Notes: a model not told the origin generated them from the sequence alone. A stretch of 64,000 nt of DNA from Candidatus Zipacnadia bacterium (GCA_029820295.1 JALGVA010000003.1:4161-68160); one strand, 5' to 3'. Counted from the stretch's first letter, positions 1-10,112 are shown. Made by a program: numbers and translations.

Positions 1-588
1 GACCTCACCTTCCTCGTCGGTCACGGCAGGGATGTCCTGGGGCATCTCGGGAGAGGCCTCGGACTCAGGCGCGCACTCGGCCGGGGTGTCGTCTCCCTCA
101 TCGGCTTCGGCCGGGCCCTCCGCCGGCGCCTGCGCGTGGGCGCACGGCTCTGTGGCCTCCTTCTCGACCTCGGGCGTGTCCTCGGCTTCGACCTCGACCT
201 CGACGGCCGCGGTCTCGATGTCCTGCTCGCCGACCACCGGCGCCTCGTCGCCGACTTCGACCTCGCCCGGCTCCTCGGCGGCGCGCCGGCGGAGTTCCTC
301 GATCTCGCGCTCGAGGCGCGCGATGTCCTCGCCGATGCGGTCTATGCGGCTGCAGTCGGCGAGCAGGTCGCGGTTCTGCACCTTGCCCTTGCGATGCAGC
401 GCATAGACCTTGTTGCCCATGTCGGTCAGCACCTGCCGGCGCTCGCGGGCGAGTTCACGGATCTGGCTGCGCCGCGTCTGCAGCGCGTTCACGTCCTCCC
501 ACCACCGGCTGACCAGGTTGCCGGTGCGCCGCGCCCAGCGACTGAGCCGGCGAGTCGTGGACTCCACCTTCTCGTTCAGATCTGACAT
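1..588 (-). CDS. Hypothetical protein (coiled-coil N-terminus, acidic low-complexity tail); 3' end runs off the window
   Basis: Read manually: ATG at 588 with GGAGG upstream (596-600); open to the window edge, MSDLNEKVESTTRRLSRWARRTG...EEGEV. Missing from the ORF track because no stop lies in the window. Confidence 0.7.
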   Translation of the reverse strand, partial: MSDLNEKVESTTRRLSRWARRTGNLVSRWWEDVNALQTRRSQIRELARERRQVLTDMGNKVYALHRKGKVQNRDLLADCSRIDRIGEDIARLEREIEELRRRAAEEPGEVEVGDEAPVVGEQDIETAAVEVEVEAEDTPEVEKEATEPCAHAQAPAEGPAEADEGDDTPAECAPESEASPEMPQDIPAVTDEEGEV

Positions 589-651
589 CGTCGGACCTCC
601 TCCAAGCCCATCTGTCGATGATGCCCGTCGTTGCCTGAGATGATCGCTGAC

Positions 652-1581
652 TCACAGTGTGAACTGCCGGGGCCGGTCGTCGAGGCGGTGCAGGCCCGCA
701 TCCAGCGCCGCCTGCACGGCCGCACGGTACTCGTCGGCGGTGATGCTCCGGCACAGCTCCGAATGCTCGTGCGCCTGGTAGCACGGCCGGTACTGCGCCA
801 TCACGTTGACATACGTGTCGCGGCTGAGCGAGGCCAGGAAGCGCATGATCTCGGACGTGCCGGCCAGGCCGTCCGGCAACACGAGGTGCCGCACCAGCAG
901 CCCGCGACGCGCCAGGCCGTCGGGGCCGATGTAGAGGTCGCCGACCTGGGCGTGCATCTCGGTCAGCGCCGCGCGCATGACTTCCGGATAGTCGGGCGCG
1001 CCTGACAGCCGCGCCGCCACCTCGCCGTCGGCGTACTTCGCGTCGGGCATGTAGATGTCGAAGACGCCGTCGAGCAGGCGCAGCGTCTGCAGCGCGTCAT
1101 AGCCGCCCGTGTTGTAGACCAGCGGCACACGCAGGCCCGCCTCGGCCGCGATCACGAGCGCCGCCAGGATCTGCGGCACGTAGTGCGTGGGCGTCACGAA
1201 GTTGATGTTGTGGCAGCCGCGGGCCTGCAATCGCACCATGGTATTCGCAAGCTCGTCGGCGCCGACCTCCACGCCCTGACGCAGATGGCTGATCTCGTAG
1301 TTCTGGCAGAAGATGCAGCCGAGATTGCAGCCGGCGAGGAAGATCGTGCCCGAGCCGCCGGTTCCCACGAGTGGGCGCTCTTCGCCGAAGTGCGGGCCGG
1401 CCGAGCACACCATGGCGCGTTCCCCGCCGCCGCAGAAGCAGGCCGCGCCCGAGAGCCGCGCCGCCCGGCACTCGCGCGGGCAGACCACGCACGGCTCGAG
1501 CAGCTCGCGGGCCCGCTCGGCGCGACGCGCCAGCTCGCCGCTTTCGTGCAGCGCCAGATATGACGGCCACGAGGGCGCCAT
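652..1581 (-). CDS. PflX-like radical SAM protein
   Basis: CxxxCxxC motif (GCNLGCIFCQN), N-terminal CVVCPRECR, NINFVTPTH and RHLVLP motifs. Confidence 0.85.
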   Translation of the reverse strand: MAPSWPSYLALHESGELARRAERARELLEPCVVCPRECRAARLSGAACFCGGGERAMVCSAGPHFGEERPLVGTGGSGTIFLAGCNLGCIFCQNYEISHLRQGVEVGADELANTMVRLQARGCHNINFVTPTHYVPQILAALVIAAEAGLRVPLVYNTGGYDALQTLRLLDGVFDIYMPDAKYADGEVAARLSGAPDYPEVMRAALTEMHAQVGDLYIGPDGLARRGLLVRHLVLPDGLAGTSEIMRFLASLSRDTYVNVMAQYRPCYQAHEHSELCRSITADEYRAAVQAALDAGLHRLDDRPRQFTL

Positions 1582-1586
1582 GCGGA

Positions 1587-2351
1587 TCAGCTCCCCAGGC
1601 CGTCCAGCAGTGCGTCGAACTCTCCACCCACGCCGCGGAAGTTCATGTCGAAGTGCACCGGCGTGACCGAGATCAGGCCCGCCTGGACGGCGCTGATGTC
1701 GGTTCCTTCGGCGGCGTCGGACTCCAGCGGTTCGCCCGAGAACCAGTAGTAGCTGCGCCCACGCGGGTCCTCACGGCGCTCGAGCGAGTTCAGATAGCGG
1801 CGCCGCCCCAGGCGCGTGAGCACCGCCGGCCCGAGGTCCTCGGTGCAGAGGTTGGGCACGTTCACATTCAGGAAGGTGTCGGGCGGCAGGCCGACATCAG
1901 TCATGCGTCGGGCGAGGGCGGCGGCGAAATCCGCGGCCGGCCCGAAGATGCAGCTCTCGTAGGCGGTCACGGAGATCGCGAGCGCCTTGAAGCCCTGCAG
2001 CGCGCCCTCCATGGCGGCGGACGCGGTGCCCGAGTAGAGCACCTCCTCACCGAGGTTTGCGCCCATGTTGATGCCGGCGACCACAAGGTCCGGCGGCGGG
2101 CGATCATCGGCGGTGGCGAGGATGGTGCAGTCGGCGGGGGTGCCGTTGGTGGCGAAGGCCTCGGCAGCGGGCGCGTCGATCTGCACCGGCGTCATGCGCA
2201 GCGGCTTGTGCAGCGTGATGCCGTGGCCGGTGGCGCTCTGCTGGCGCTCGGGCGCAATGACCGTCACCTCGCCCAGGGGCGCAAGCGCGCGCACCAGCTC
2301 GCGCAGGCCGGGGGCGTAGATGCCGTCATCGTTGGTGATCAGGATGCGCAC
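1587..2351 (-). CDS. surE: 5'/3'-nucleotidase SurE
   Basis: RILITNDDG, NGTPADC, GINMGAN and YSGTASAAMEG motifs. Confidence 0.95.
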   Translation of the reverse strand: MRILITNDDGIYAPGLRELVRALAPLGEVTVIAPERQQSATGHGITLHKPLRMTPVQIDAPAAEAFATNGTPADCTILATADDRPPPDLVVAGINMGANLGEEVLYSGTASAAMEGALQGFKALAISVTAYESCIFGPAADFAAALARRMTDVGLPPDTFLNVNVPNLCTEDLGPAVLTRLGRRRYLNSLERREDPRGRSYYWFSGEPLESDAAEGTDISAVQAGLISVTPVHFDMNFRGVGGEFDALLDGLGS

Positions 2352-2391
2352 GAAGCGGGTCCGTTCCCGTCCATGTTGAGTGCGGTGGTTC

Positions 2392-3975
2392 TCAGAACTC
2401 GACGATTGCCAGGCGCGCGACGTCCGCGAGCGCCTCGATCTCGGCGCGCACTTCGGGCGCGATCGGCTCGGCCACAGTGACGGCCATCAGCCCGGCGCCG
2501 TCGAGCACCTCGTGCGCGACCTGGATGCCCAGGATGTTGATGCCCGCCTCGCCGAGGATGCGGCCGATGGTGCCGACGAAGCCCGGCCGGTCGGGGCGGG
2601 CGTTCCAAATCAGCAGCACGGTGCGCTCGGGCACGAAGTCGAAGCCAAAGCCAGCGACGTCCACGATGCGCGCCTGGCCGCGGTCGAGCAGAGCGCCGGC
2701 GACGCTGGTCTCCCCCGCCTCGTCCGCAACGGCCGCCTGCAGGAACTGCGAGTAGCCGCGCGCGGCGGCGGCGGCGCCTCGGCTGGTCTGCAGACCGCGC
2801 TCGGCGGCGATCAGCGGTGCGTTCACGTAGTTAACCGGCTCGCCCGCGATGCGCGCGAGCAGCCCGGCGAGGAAGTGGCCGCTGACGATGCGCAGGTGCT
2901 CATCGGCGGCGTCGCCGTGGGCGTAGAGCGCGGCGCGCAGCGGCGGCCCGGTCAGCAGTGCCGCCTGCAGCGCACCGAGGCTCTCGGCCAGCGGCAGGAA
3001 GGGCCCGATGCGGCTCAGCTCATCCGGCGACAGCGGCGGCACGTTCACCGGCCAGCGCGGTCGCCCGCCCTCGAGCACCTCGAGCACCTGCTCGACCGCC
3101 TCGCGGGCTACGTCCGCCTGCGCCTCCTCGGTGGAGGCCGCGACGTGGGGCGTGGCGACGACGTTCGGCAGCCCCACCAGCTCGGGGTTGGGCTCGGGCT
3201 CGGCCTGGAAGACGTCCAGCGCCGCGCCCGCTATGCGCCCCTCGCGCAGCGCCGCCAGCAGGGCGGCCTCATCCACCAGCCCGCCGCGCGCGCAGTTCAC
3301 CAGCAGCGCCGACGGCTTCATCAACGCCAGCGCGTCGGCGCCGATCAGGCCGCGCGAGTTCTCGGTCAGCGCTGCGTGGAGGCTCACCACGTCCGCCGCG
3401 CGCAGCAACTCCTGCAGTGCGACCGGCTCCACGCCCAGCTCGCGGATGCGCTCGTCGGGAACGAACGGATCGTGAGCGACCACGGTCATCTCGAAGGCGC
3501 GGGCGCGCTTGGCGACCTCCCGGCCGATCTTGCCGAAACCGACCAGCCCGAGCGTCTTGCGGTAGAGCTGGCGGCCGGTCGCCTGCTGCTTCGTCCAGCG
3601 TCCGTCCTTGAGCGCGGCATCTGCGGCCGGGATGCGTCGCGCCAGAGCCAACAGCATCGCCATCGCGTGTTCGGCGGCGGCGATGGTGTTGCCGGTCGGC
3701 GTGTTGACCACCGCGATGCCCCGGCGCGTGGCGGCGTCGAGGTCGATGTTGTCCACGCCCACGCCCGCGCGCGCGATGACGCGCAGGCGCCGCCCGGCCT
3801 CGATCACGCCCTCGTCGAGGGTGGTCGCGCTGCGGACGATGGCCGCGTCGGCGTCGGCGATGGCCTCGATCAGCCCGTCGCGGTCGAGCGCACACGCGTC
3901 GATCATCTGGGCGCGCCCCGCCAGCAGCGCCAGGCCCTGCTCGGCGATCGCATCGCAGATCAGGACTCTGTGCAT
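2392..3975 (-). CDS. serA: D-3-phosphoglycerate dehydrogenase (long form with C-terminal ACT-like domain)
   Basis: RAGVGVDNID, GFGKIG, NCARGGLVDE, TPHVAAST; start at MHRVLICD. Confidence 0.92.
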   Translation of the reverse strand: MHRVLICDAIAEQGLALLAGRAQMIDACALDRDGLIEAIADADAAIVRSATTLDEGVIEAGRRLRVIARAGVGVDNIDLDAATRRGIAVVNTPTGNTIAAAEHAMAMLLALARRIPAADAALKDGRWTKQQATGRQLYRKTLGLVGFGKIGREVAKRARAFEMTVVAHDPFVPDERIRELGVEPVALQELLRAADVVSLHAALTENSRGLIGADALALMKPSALLVNCARGGLVDEAALLAALREGRIAGAALDVFQAEPEPNPELVGLPNVVATPHVAASTEEAQADVAREAVEQVLEVLEGGRPRWPVNVPPLSPDELSRIGPFLPLAESLGALQAALLTGPPLRAALYAHGDAADEHLRIVSGHFLAGLLARIAGEPVNYVNAPLIAAERGLQTSRGAAAAARGYSQFLQAAVADEAGETSVAGALLDRGQARIVDVAGFGFDFVPERTVLLIWNARPDRPGFVGTIGRILGEAGINILGIQVAHEVLDGAGLMAVTVAEPIAPEVRAEIEALADVARLAIVEF

Positions 3976-3976
3976 C

Positions 3977-5137
3977 TCAACTCCCATCCGCGCCGACTCG
4001 ACGTGCTGCATCGCGCGCGGCGTCGATCATCGCGTTCGCGTCGCACCCGTGCCCGAGGTTCGCCAGGCCGTCGGCGACGCCCTGCAGCGTGCGCTCTATC
4101 TGCGCCATGTCCACCATGCCCATGTGGCCGATGCGGAAGATGTGACCCTTGAGGTCGCCCTGGCCGCCGGAGATGAGCACGTTGTGGCGCTCGCGCACGA
4201 GCCGCACCAGCTCGACGCTGTCCACGCCCTCGGGCACGTGCACCGCAGTCACCGTGTCGGACCGGCAGCCCTCGCGCGCGAAGAGCCGCAGCCCTGCCGC
4301 AAGCATCGCCGCGCGCGTCGCCTCGGCCATGGCGCGGTGGCGGGCGATGACCGCGTCGATGCCCTCGGCCTCGATCAGGTCGAGTGAGGCCGCGAGCGCG
4401 GCGATCAGCGTGGTGGCGGGCGTCCAGGGCGTCTGGCCCTTGTGCAGCGGCTCTCGGGCGCGGCGCAGATCGAGGTAGTAGCAGGGCATGGTCGCGGTCT
4501 CGGCGAGCCCCCACACCTCCTCCCGCACGCCCACGAAGGCGAGGCCCGGGGGGAGCATCAGACACTTCTGCGATCCGGCAGCGATCACGTCCAGCTCCCA
4601 CTCGTCGGCGCGCACCGGCACGCCGCCCAGGCAGCTCACGCAGTCGGTGATGAGCAGCGCGCCGCCATCGTGCGCGGCGGCGGCGACCTCGGCGATGGGC
4701 TGGGTGACGCCGGTGGACGTCTCGTTGTGCACGCAGAGCACGGCCTGGAAGTTGGCGGGGGCGAGGACGGACGCCAGGTCCTCGGGATCGACGGCGCGAC
4801 CGGGCTCGACCGGGAGCGTGGTCACCTCGGCGCCGAAGGTGCGGGCGATCTCCCCCATGCGCTCACCGAACTTGCCCCCCTCGACCGAGAGGACTCGGTC
4901 ACCCGGGCACAGGAAGCTGGTGATGGACGCCTCGACGGCGCCGGTGCCCGAGGAGGTGAGGATGAGCACGTCGCCGCTCGCACCCATGAGCCGGCGCAGG
5001 CCGTCGGTGCAGCGCTCCAGCAGGTCGGCCATGTGCTCGCCGCGGTGGTAGAAGGAGGCCCCGCCCAGCGCCTCGCGCACGGCCGGGGGCAGGTTGGTCG
5101 GGCCGGGAATCATCAGCAGAGGATCGCTGCCGGTCAT
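3977..5137 (-). CDS. Class V PLP aminotransferase (serine-pyruvate/alanine-glyoxylate family, likely SerC substitute)
   Basis: MIPGPT, SSGTGAVE, HNETSTG, GSQKCLMLPPG and FRIGHMG; adjacent to serA. Confidence 0.88.
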   Translation of the reverse strand: MTGSDPLLMIPGPTNLPPAVREALGGASFYHRGEHMADLLERCTDGLRRLMGASGDVLILTSSGTGAVEASITSFLCPGDRVLSVEGGKFGERMGEIARTFGAEVTTLPVEPGRAVDPEDLASVLAPANFQAVLCVHNETSTGVTQPIAEVAAAAHDGGALLITDCVSCLGGVPVRADEWELDVIAAGSQKCLMLPPGLAFVGVREEVWGLAETATMPCYYLDLRRAREPLHKGQTPWTPATTLIAALAASLDLIEAEGIDAVIARHRAMAEATRAAMLAAGLRLFAREGCRSDTVTAVHVPEGVDSVELVRLVRERHNVLISGGQGDLKGHIFRIGHMGMVDMAQIERTLQGVADGLANLGHGCDANAMIDAARDAARRVGADGS

Positions 5138-5195
5138 CGGTTCACTCGCCTTCGGGCCGCCGGTCGTCGCGGGCAGGCCGCGCAGGCCGGCGGCG

Positions 5196-5594
5196 TCATC
5201 CGCAGATGAGGGTCACGTTGATGCGCCGGTGCCGAGGGCCGTCCAGCTCGATGAGCAGGATGCGCTGCCAGGTGCCGAGGACGAGGTTGCCGCCCTCGAC
5301 CGGGACCTGGATCGAATTGCCCAGGAGCGTGGCGGCCAGGTGCGCGCCGGCGTTCTGGTCGATGCGGTTGTGGTGCCAATCGCCATCGGCGACCAGGCCG
5401 TCCATGAGCGTGAGGATGTCGTGCGCGAGGCCGTCCTCGTGCTCGTTGATGCGAACGGCGCAAGTGCAGTGGGGCACCGACACCGTGCACATGCCCGAGG
5501 CGACGTCGTTGTTGGCGACGATTTCGGCGACCTCGCCGGTGATGTCGAGCACCTGGCGCCTGGAACTGGTTGGGAGCGCGAAAGTCTTGGTCAC
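5196..5594 (-). CDS. yjbQ: YjbQ/UPF0047 family protein
   Basis: INE...NAGAHL...LGTWQRILLIELDGPR signature. Confidence 0.88.
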   Translation of the reverse strand: MTKTFALPTSSRRQVLDITGEVAEIVANNDVASGMCTVSVPHCTCAVRINEHEDGLAHDILTLMDGLVADGDWHHNRIDQNAGAHLAATLLGNSIQVPVEGGNLVLGTWQRILLIELDGPRHRRINVTLICG

Positions 5595-5677
5595 GGATGC
5601 TCAGTCTCCTTGGGTCCGCTGCCCGGCCCACGTCCCCGCCCCGTCCGTCATCGGACACGCATGGATGATTGCTGCCG

Positions 5678-7387
5678 TCAGTATCGAGGCCTGATGTCCG
5701 CGAGCTGCAACTGCAGTCGGGGCAGGCCGGTGTAGTCGTCCAGCTTCGGCGTGAAGCACAGGTCGACGCGCCCGAAGCGCGGCAGGTCGTCGAGGCGCTC
5801 ACCCAGGCCGAAGCCGATGCACTCGAGCCGGCGGGTGCCATCGTCCACGATCAGCTTCAGGTGCCGGGCCGAAGCGCCCACAGTGCGCGCGTCACTCATG
5901 GCGACATCGCTCGCCACGAACACCGGCTCGGGGTTGCCCTCGCCGCACGGCTCCAGCCGCGTAAGCTGCACGGCCAGGTCCTGATCGATCTCGCGCAGAT
6001 CGACCTCGGCATCGACCTGAATGGTCGGGCGCAGGTCATCGGCGCCGATCAGCTCGCGGCCGATCGCGTTGAGCCGGTCGCGCAGTTCGGCGACGCGGTC
6101 GATGCTCAGCTCGCAGCCCGCCGCCAGCGAGTGCCCGCCGTAGCGATCGAGCAGATCACCGCAGCATCCGAGCGCATGGGCGACGTTGAAGGCCGGGATA
6201 CTGCGCGCCGAGCCGCGGGCGCAGTTGCCCTCCTCGGCCAGCAGCAGCGTCGGCAGGCCGGTCGCCTCAAGAACCTTCGAGGCCACGATGCCCACCACGC
6301 CGCGATGCCAGCCCTGGCGGGCCAGCACCACCACGCGGTCGCGGTCGAGATCGACCTCACGCTCGATCATCTCCAGCGCCTCGCGGAAGGTGGACTCCTG
6401 CTCGCGCTGGCGCTGGCGGTTGAGGCTGTCGAGGTGCAACACGCGGCGCCGGGCGTCATGCTCATCGTCGGTGAGCAGCAGCTCCAGCGCGTCGGTCGGG
6501 TCGGCCATGCGTCCGACGGCGTTGAGGCGCGGCGCGATGCGGAAGGCCACGTCGCGCGCGCCGATCCCCTCGCCCAGCTCGCACAGCTCCAGCAGCACCT
6601 GCAGCCCCACCTTGCGCGTGTCAGGCAGCACCTGCAGGCCGACGGCGGTGAGCACGCGGTTTTCGCCCACGAGCGGCGAGACGTCGGCGATGGTGCCGAT
6701 CGCCACCAGGTCAAGGAACGCGCGCTGCAACGAGCGCTGGGGCATATCCAGCCGCTCGCACAATGCCGAGGCGAGCTTGAAGGCCAGGCCGACGGCCGCG
6801 AGTTCGCGCTCGGGGTACTCCGAGTCCTGCCGCTTGGGGTCCACCACGAGCGCGGCAGGCAGCTTATCGCCCGGCTCGTGGTGATCGACCACGATCACGT
6901 CCTGGTCCTGCGCGCAGGCGCAGTCGATGACATCGTGGTCGCGCACCCCACAGTCGAGCGCGATGATCAGCCCGGCGTCGCCCGCCGACGCCCGCACCGC
7001 GCGCTCGCTCAGCCCGTAGGAGTCCTCGAAGCGGTGCGGCAGGTAGTAGCGCACCTCGGCGCCGAGGACGCTGAGGAACCGCACGAGCAGCGCGGTTGAA
7101 GTGACTCCATCGGCGTCGTAGTCTCCGTGTATCAGGATCGGCTCTTTCGCTTCGAGCGCGCCCACCACGCGGTCCACGGCCGCCGCCATGTCGGGGAGCA
7201 GCAGCGGATCGTGCAAGTCGTCCAGGGACGGGTTGAGGAAGTGCCTGGCGGCCGCGGGTGTCCTCAGACCACGCCCGGCAAGCACCGCCGCGAGCACGGG
7301 GTGGACCGACAGCTCCCGCACAAGTCGGGCTTCGGCGGCACGATCGCGGGGTCGGATGATCCAGTCAGTGCTGTGGGCTGTGGGCAT
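5678..7387 (-). CDS. recJ: Single-stranded-DNA exonuclease RecJ
   Basis: GDYDADG, DCG, DHH, GTIADV, PRLNAVGR, GSARS and GGH motifs; start at MPTAHST just downstream of a promoter. Confidence 0.95.
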   Translation of the reverse strand: MPTAHSTDWIIRPRDRAAEARLVRELSVHPVLAAVLAGRGLRTPAAARHFLNPSLDDLHDPLLLPDMAAAVDRVVGALEAKEPILIHGDYDADGVTSTALLVRFLSVLGAEVRYYLPHRFEDSYGLSERAVRASAGDAGLIIALDCGVRDHDVIDCACAQDQDVIVVDHHEPGDKLPAALVVDPKRQDSEYPERELAAVGLAFKLASALCERLDMPQRSLQRAFLDLVAIGTIADVSPLVGENRVLTAVGLQVLPDTRKVGLQVLLELCELGEGIGARDVAFRIAPRLNAVGRMADPTDALELLLTDDEHDARRRVLHLDSLNRQRQREQESTFREALEMIEREVDLDRDRVVVLARQGWHRGVVGIVASKVLEATGLPTLLLAEEGNCARGSARSIPAFNVAHALGCCGDLLDRYGGHSLAAGCELSIDRVAELRDRLNAIGRELIGADDLRPTIQVDAEVDLREIDQDLAVQLTRLEPCGEGNPEPVFVASDVAMSDARTVGASARHLKLIVDDGTRRLECIGFGLGERLDDLPRFGRVDLCFTPKLDDYTGLPRLQLQLADIRPRY

Positions 7388-7427
7388 TCTCGCACTCGTT
7401 ACGGCCTCTGGGGGCGTGGTTGAGCGC

Positions 7428-7456
7428 AGTATACGGCAAGACCGGGGGGCTGTCAA
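7428..7456 (-). promoter_or_regulatory. sigma70-type promoter for the recJ operon
   Basis: TTGACA-N17-TATACT on the minus strand. Confidence 0.8.
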
Positions 7457-7531
7457 CTTGGCCCCGGGGGACGGGTCACGGGCCCTGCAAGCGCCCATCG
7501 AGGGGCATGCGGGCCTTTTTCCGCCGGTCGG

Positions 7532-7560
7532 TTGACAGCCATGCAGCGCTGGCCTAATAT
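7532..7560 (+). promoter_or_regulatory. sigma70-type promoter for gcvH
   Basis: TTGACA-N17-TAATAT, divergent from the recJ promoter. Confidence 0.65.
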
Positions 7561-7685
7561 GATGGCGGCGTCGAGGCGGGGTGCCCGCACAACCACTCGC
7601 GCAGGGGGGCGACGACGCCGTTCGCAGGCCATTCCCGGCCCCGGCCTGACGGCCTCGGGCAGTAACCAGAACGAGGAGGCGCGCG

Positions 7686-8105
7686 ATGAGTTCGGGCGAC
7701 ATGCTTTTCGATGAGAGCCACATGTGGGTGCGGCTCGAGGACGACGACACGGCGATCATGGGCCTGTCCGACTACGCCCAGGACATGATGGGTGAGATAA
7801 TCTTCGTGGAGCTGCCGGAAGAGGGCGCGGCCATCATCCGCGGCGACGCGTGCGGCACCGTTGAGTCGGTCAAGTCGGTGGAGGACCTGCTGGCCCCCGC
7901 CAGCGGCGAGGTCGTCCGTATCAATGAGGAAGTGCTCGACGCCCCGGAGATGATCAACTCCGACCCGTACGGCGAGGGTTGGCTGATCGAGGTCAAGCTC
8001 GAGGACAAGTCCGAGCTGGGCGGGCTGATGAGTGAGGATGACTACGAGAGCTTCCTTGACGGGCTGGAGGGTGACCTGGACGAGGACGAGGACGAGGAGT
8101 ACTGA
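7686..8105 (+). CDS. gcvH: Glycine cleavage system H protein (lipoyl carrier)
   Basis: GLSDYAQ, VESVK lipoyl-Lys, INSDPYGEGW; GAGGAGG RBS. Confidence 0.93.
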   Translation: MSSGDMLFDESHMWVRLEDDDTAIMGLSDYAQDMMGEIIFVELPEEGAAIIRGDACGTVESVKSVEDLLAPASGEVVRINEEVLDAPEMINSDPYGEGWLIEVKLEDKSELGGLMSEDDYESFLDGLEGDLDEDEDEEY

Positions 8106-8133
8106 GTCCCGCGCGCACTGAAGAGAGCACATC

Positions 8134-9042
8134 ATGACCGGCCGGCCGCCCCCTGGGCCGGCCGGCTTCGTTCCGGGTGATCGTGTGACCGCCTGGCGAC
8201 TGCTGCGAAGCGGATGCGCGGACGGCGCGACCAACATGGCGGTCGATGAGGCCATCGCGGCCGCGGTCGCGCGCGGCGACCGGCCGCCCACCCTGCGCCT
8301 CTACGGCTGGCGGCCGCCGGCGGTCTCGCTGGGCTGCTTCCAGCCACTCGATGAGGGCATCGACCTCGCGGCGATCAATGCCCGCGGCTGGGCCCTCGTG
8401 CGTCGGCCCACGGGCGGGCGGGCGATCCTGCACGCCGACGAGCTGACCTACAGCGTGTGCGTGCGCCAGGACGACATCCGCGGCGGTCACAGCACCATGG
8501 AGTCCTACCGCGAGATCTCGCGAGGAATCATCGCCGGCCTGGAGCGGCTGGGCGGACAGGTCGCCCTGGGCGACGGCGTGGGTGCGCGCTCATCCGCGCC
8601 CGCGGAAGGGGCGGCCCGACCGATCTGCTTCGCGAAGACGGCGCGCTGCGACCTGCAGGCGCAGGGCCGCAAGGTAGTGGGCTCGGCGCAGATGCGGCGC
8701 GACGGCGGCATCCTCCAGCACGGCTCGATCCCGATTACCATCGATCTGGCCGAGCAGACCGCGGTGATGCCCGGCGGCGACCGGCGCGTGGCGTTGCGCG
8801 TGCTGGCGGGCGCGGCGATGAGCGTCAGTGAGCTGCTGGGGCGCCCCGTGAGCTACGAGGAGTTGGCCGATGCGGTGGTGCGGGGCTTTGCCGAGGCCCT
8901 GGGCGTGGACCTGCGCGAGGAGGCGCTGTCCGCAGAGGAGCGCGCGGTCGCAGCTCGTCTGCGCGCGGAGAAGTACGCGACCCGCGAGTGGACTCAACGG
9001 CCGGGGATGCACAATCGGGAATCGACAATGGCAGACGGCTGA
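8134..9042 (+). CDS. Lipoate-protein ligase / LipM-like octanoyltransferase
   Basis: NMAVDEAI, LRLYGW, RRPTGGRAILH, RKVVGSAQ, LQHGSI. Confidence 0.88.
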   Translation: MTGRPPPGPAGFVPGDRVTAWRLLRSGCADGATNMAVDEAIAAAVARGDRPPTLRLYGWRPPAVSLGCFQPLDEGIDLAAINARGWALVRRPTGGRAILHADELTYSVCVRQDDIRGGHSTMESYREISRGIIAGLERLGGQVALGDGVGARSSAPAEGAARPICFAKTARCDLQAQGRKVVGSAQMRRDGGILQHGSIPITIDLAEQTAVMPGGDRRVALRVLAGAAMSVSELLGRPVSYEELADAVVRGFAEALGVDLREEALSAEERAVAARLRAEKYATREWTQRPGMHNRESTMADG

Positions 9043-9131
9043 ACTACCCACGCAGGCCGAGCCACTCTTCGCGGACACAAGCCGCTCTCCGGTTGCCCGT
9101 TGCCGGCTCCCGGTTCCCGCCTCCCCGCCCT

Positions 9132-10112
9132 CTACCCCAGCCCGATCTCCGTGACCGTGCGCAGGCCGGGCTCGGCGGCGAGCATCGGCGCAAGCAGGTT
9201 GATGACCATCCCCGCAGTTGCGCGATCACCGTGGATGCCGCCCTCGATGATCGCGCGCACCGGCGGCTCACCCTCGATGCGCACTTCGTCGCGATCCGCT
9301 TCGCCCAGCGCCATGACCAGCTCCAGCGTCACCCGCCCCATGCGCAGCGTCTGGGCCTGGCCGCGCACGCGGCCGGCCGCCACATCAACGTGCTCGCTCG
9401 AGATCGCTTCGGAGGCGACGACCGGGTCGATGGTCTCCTCGAACTCGTCCCAGGGCCAGCCCAGGGAGTCTGCGAGCAGCGCGGCTGACTCCGCCAGGCC
9501 GACGTGACCGATCTGTCCCTCGGCGGCGAGGGCGCGGAAGTCCTCGGGGTCCATGCCGGCGCCGACCTTGGCCTGAAGCTGTTGCCGTCGCCGGCCGGCG
9601 TCGAGGCGCCGGCTGGCGTGCACGGACCGCACACTCTGGCATACCCGCGTCAGCACGAAGGGCAGAAGGTCAAGCACGAAGCCGGGGTTCACTCCTGCGC
9701 CGAGCAGCACCGCGTCGTTCTCAACTGCGACACCATCGAGGCGATCCGCGGTCGTGGCCGCGCGCAGCCAGGGGAAGACCAGCTCCTCGCAGGTGGAGAT
9801 GCAGCACAGGCCGCGTTCAAGGACGGCCGCGAACTGATCCTCGACCGCCTCGACATGGGAGCCGGTGCACACCACGGCCGCCTCGGCGTCTGCCTCTACG
9901 GCGACATCGAGCGCCGCGGTGAGGTCATCCGCGACCTCGACCTCGGGGATCTCGTCGCCCTCGATCAGCTCGCGCAGCGAGCGTCCGGCGATCCCCGGGG
10001 AGATGTCGGCGGCGGCCACAGGAACGCACCGGCGGCCGGCCACTCCCGCACGGATGATCTCGAGGCCGATCGGCCCCAGCCCGACGTGCACTGTCCTGAT
10101 GACGTCACCCAT
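9132..10112 (-). CDS. NAD(P)-dependent dehydrogenase, 2,4-diaminopentanoate dehydrogenase / DapB-like family
   Basis: Rossmann VGLGPIG, STCEEL, GAGVNPGFVLD, GHVGLAES; start at MGDVIRT. Confidence 0.7.
   Translation of the reverse strand: MGDVIRTVHVGLGPIGLEIIRAGVAGRRCVPVAAADISPGIAGRSLRELIEGDEIPEVEVADDLTAALDVAVEADAEAAVVCTGSHVEAVEDQFAAVLERGLCCISTCEELVFPWLRAATTADRLDGVAVENDAVLLGAGVNPGFVLDLLPFVLTRVCQSVRSVHASRRLDAGRRRQQLQAKVGAGMDPEDFRALAAEGQIGHVGLAESAALLADSLGWPWDEFEETIDPVVASEAISSEHVDVAAGRVRGQAQTLRMGRVTLELVMALGEADRDEVRIEGEPPVRAIIEGGIHGDRATAGMVINLLAPMLAAEPGLRTVTEIGLG

Noticed and set aside
2380..4152. Long antisense or alternate-frame ORFs (e.g. 2380-4152 +, 14913-17702 -, 33613-35742 -, 54515-56884 -)
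   Set aside because: Shadow ORFs typical of high-GC DNA; they overlap well-supported genes and have no recognisable motifs.
7563..7685. Possible glycine riboswitch before gcvH
   Set aside because: Lacks the GGAGA/CCGAAG/CTCTCAGG conserved elements.
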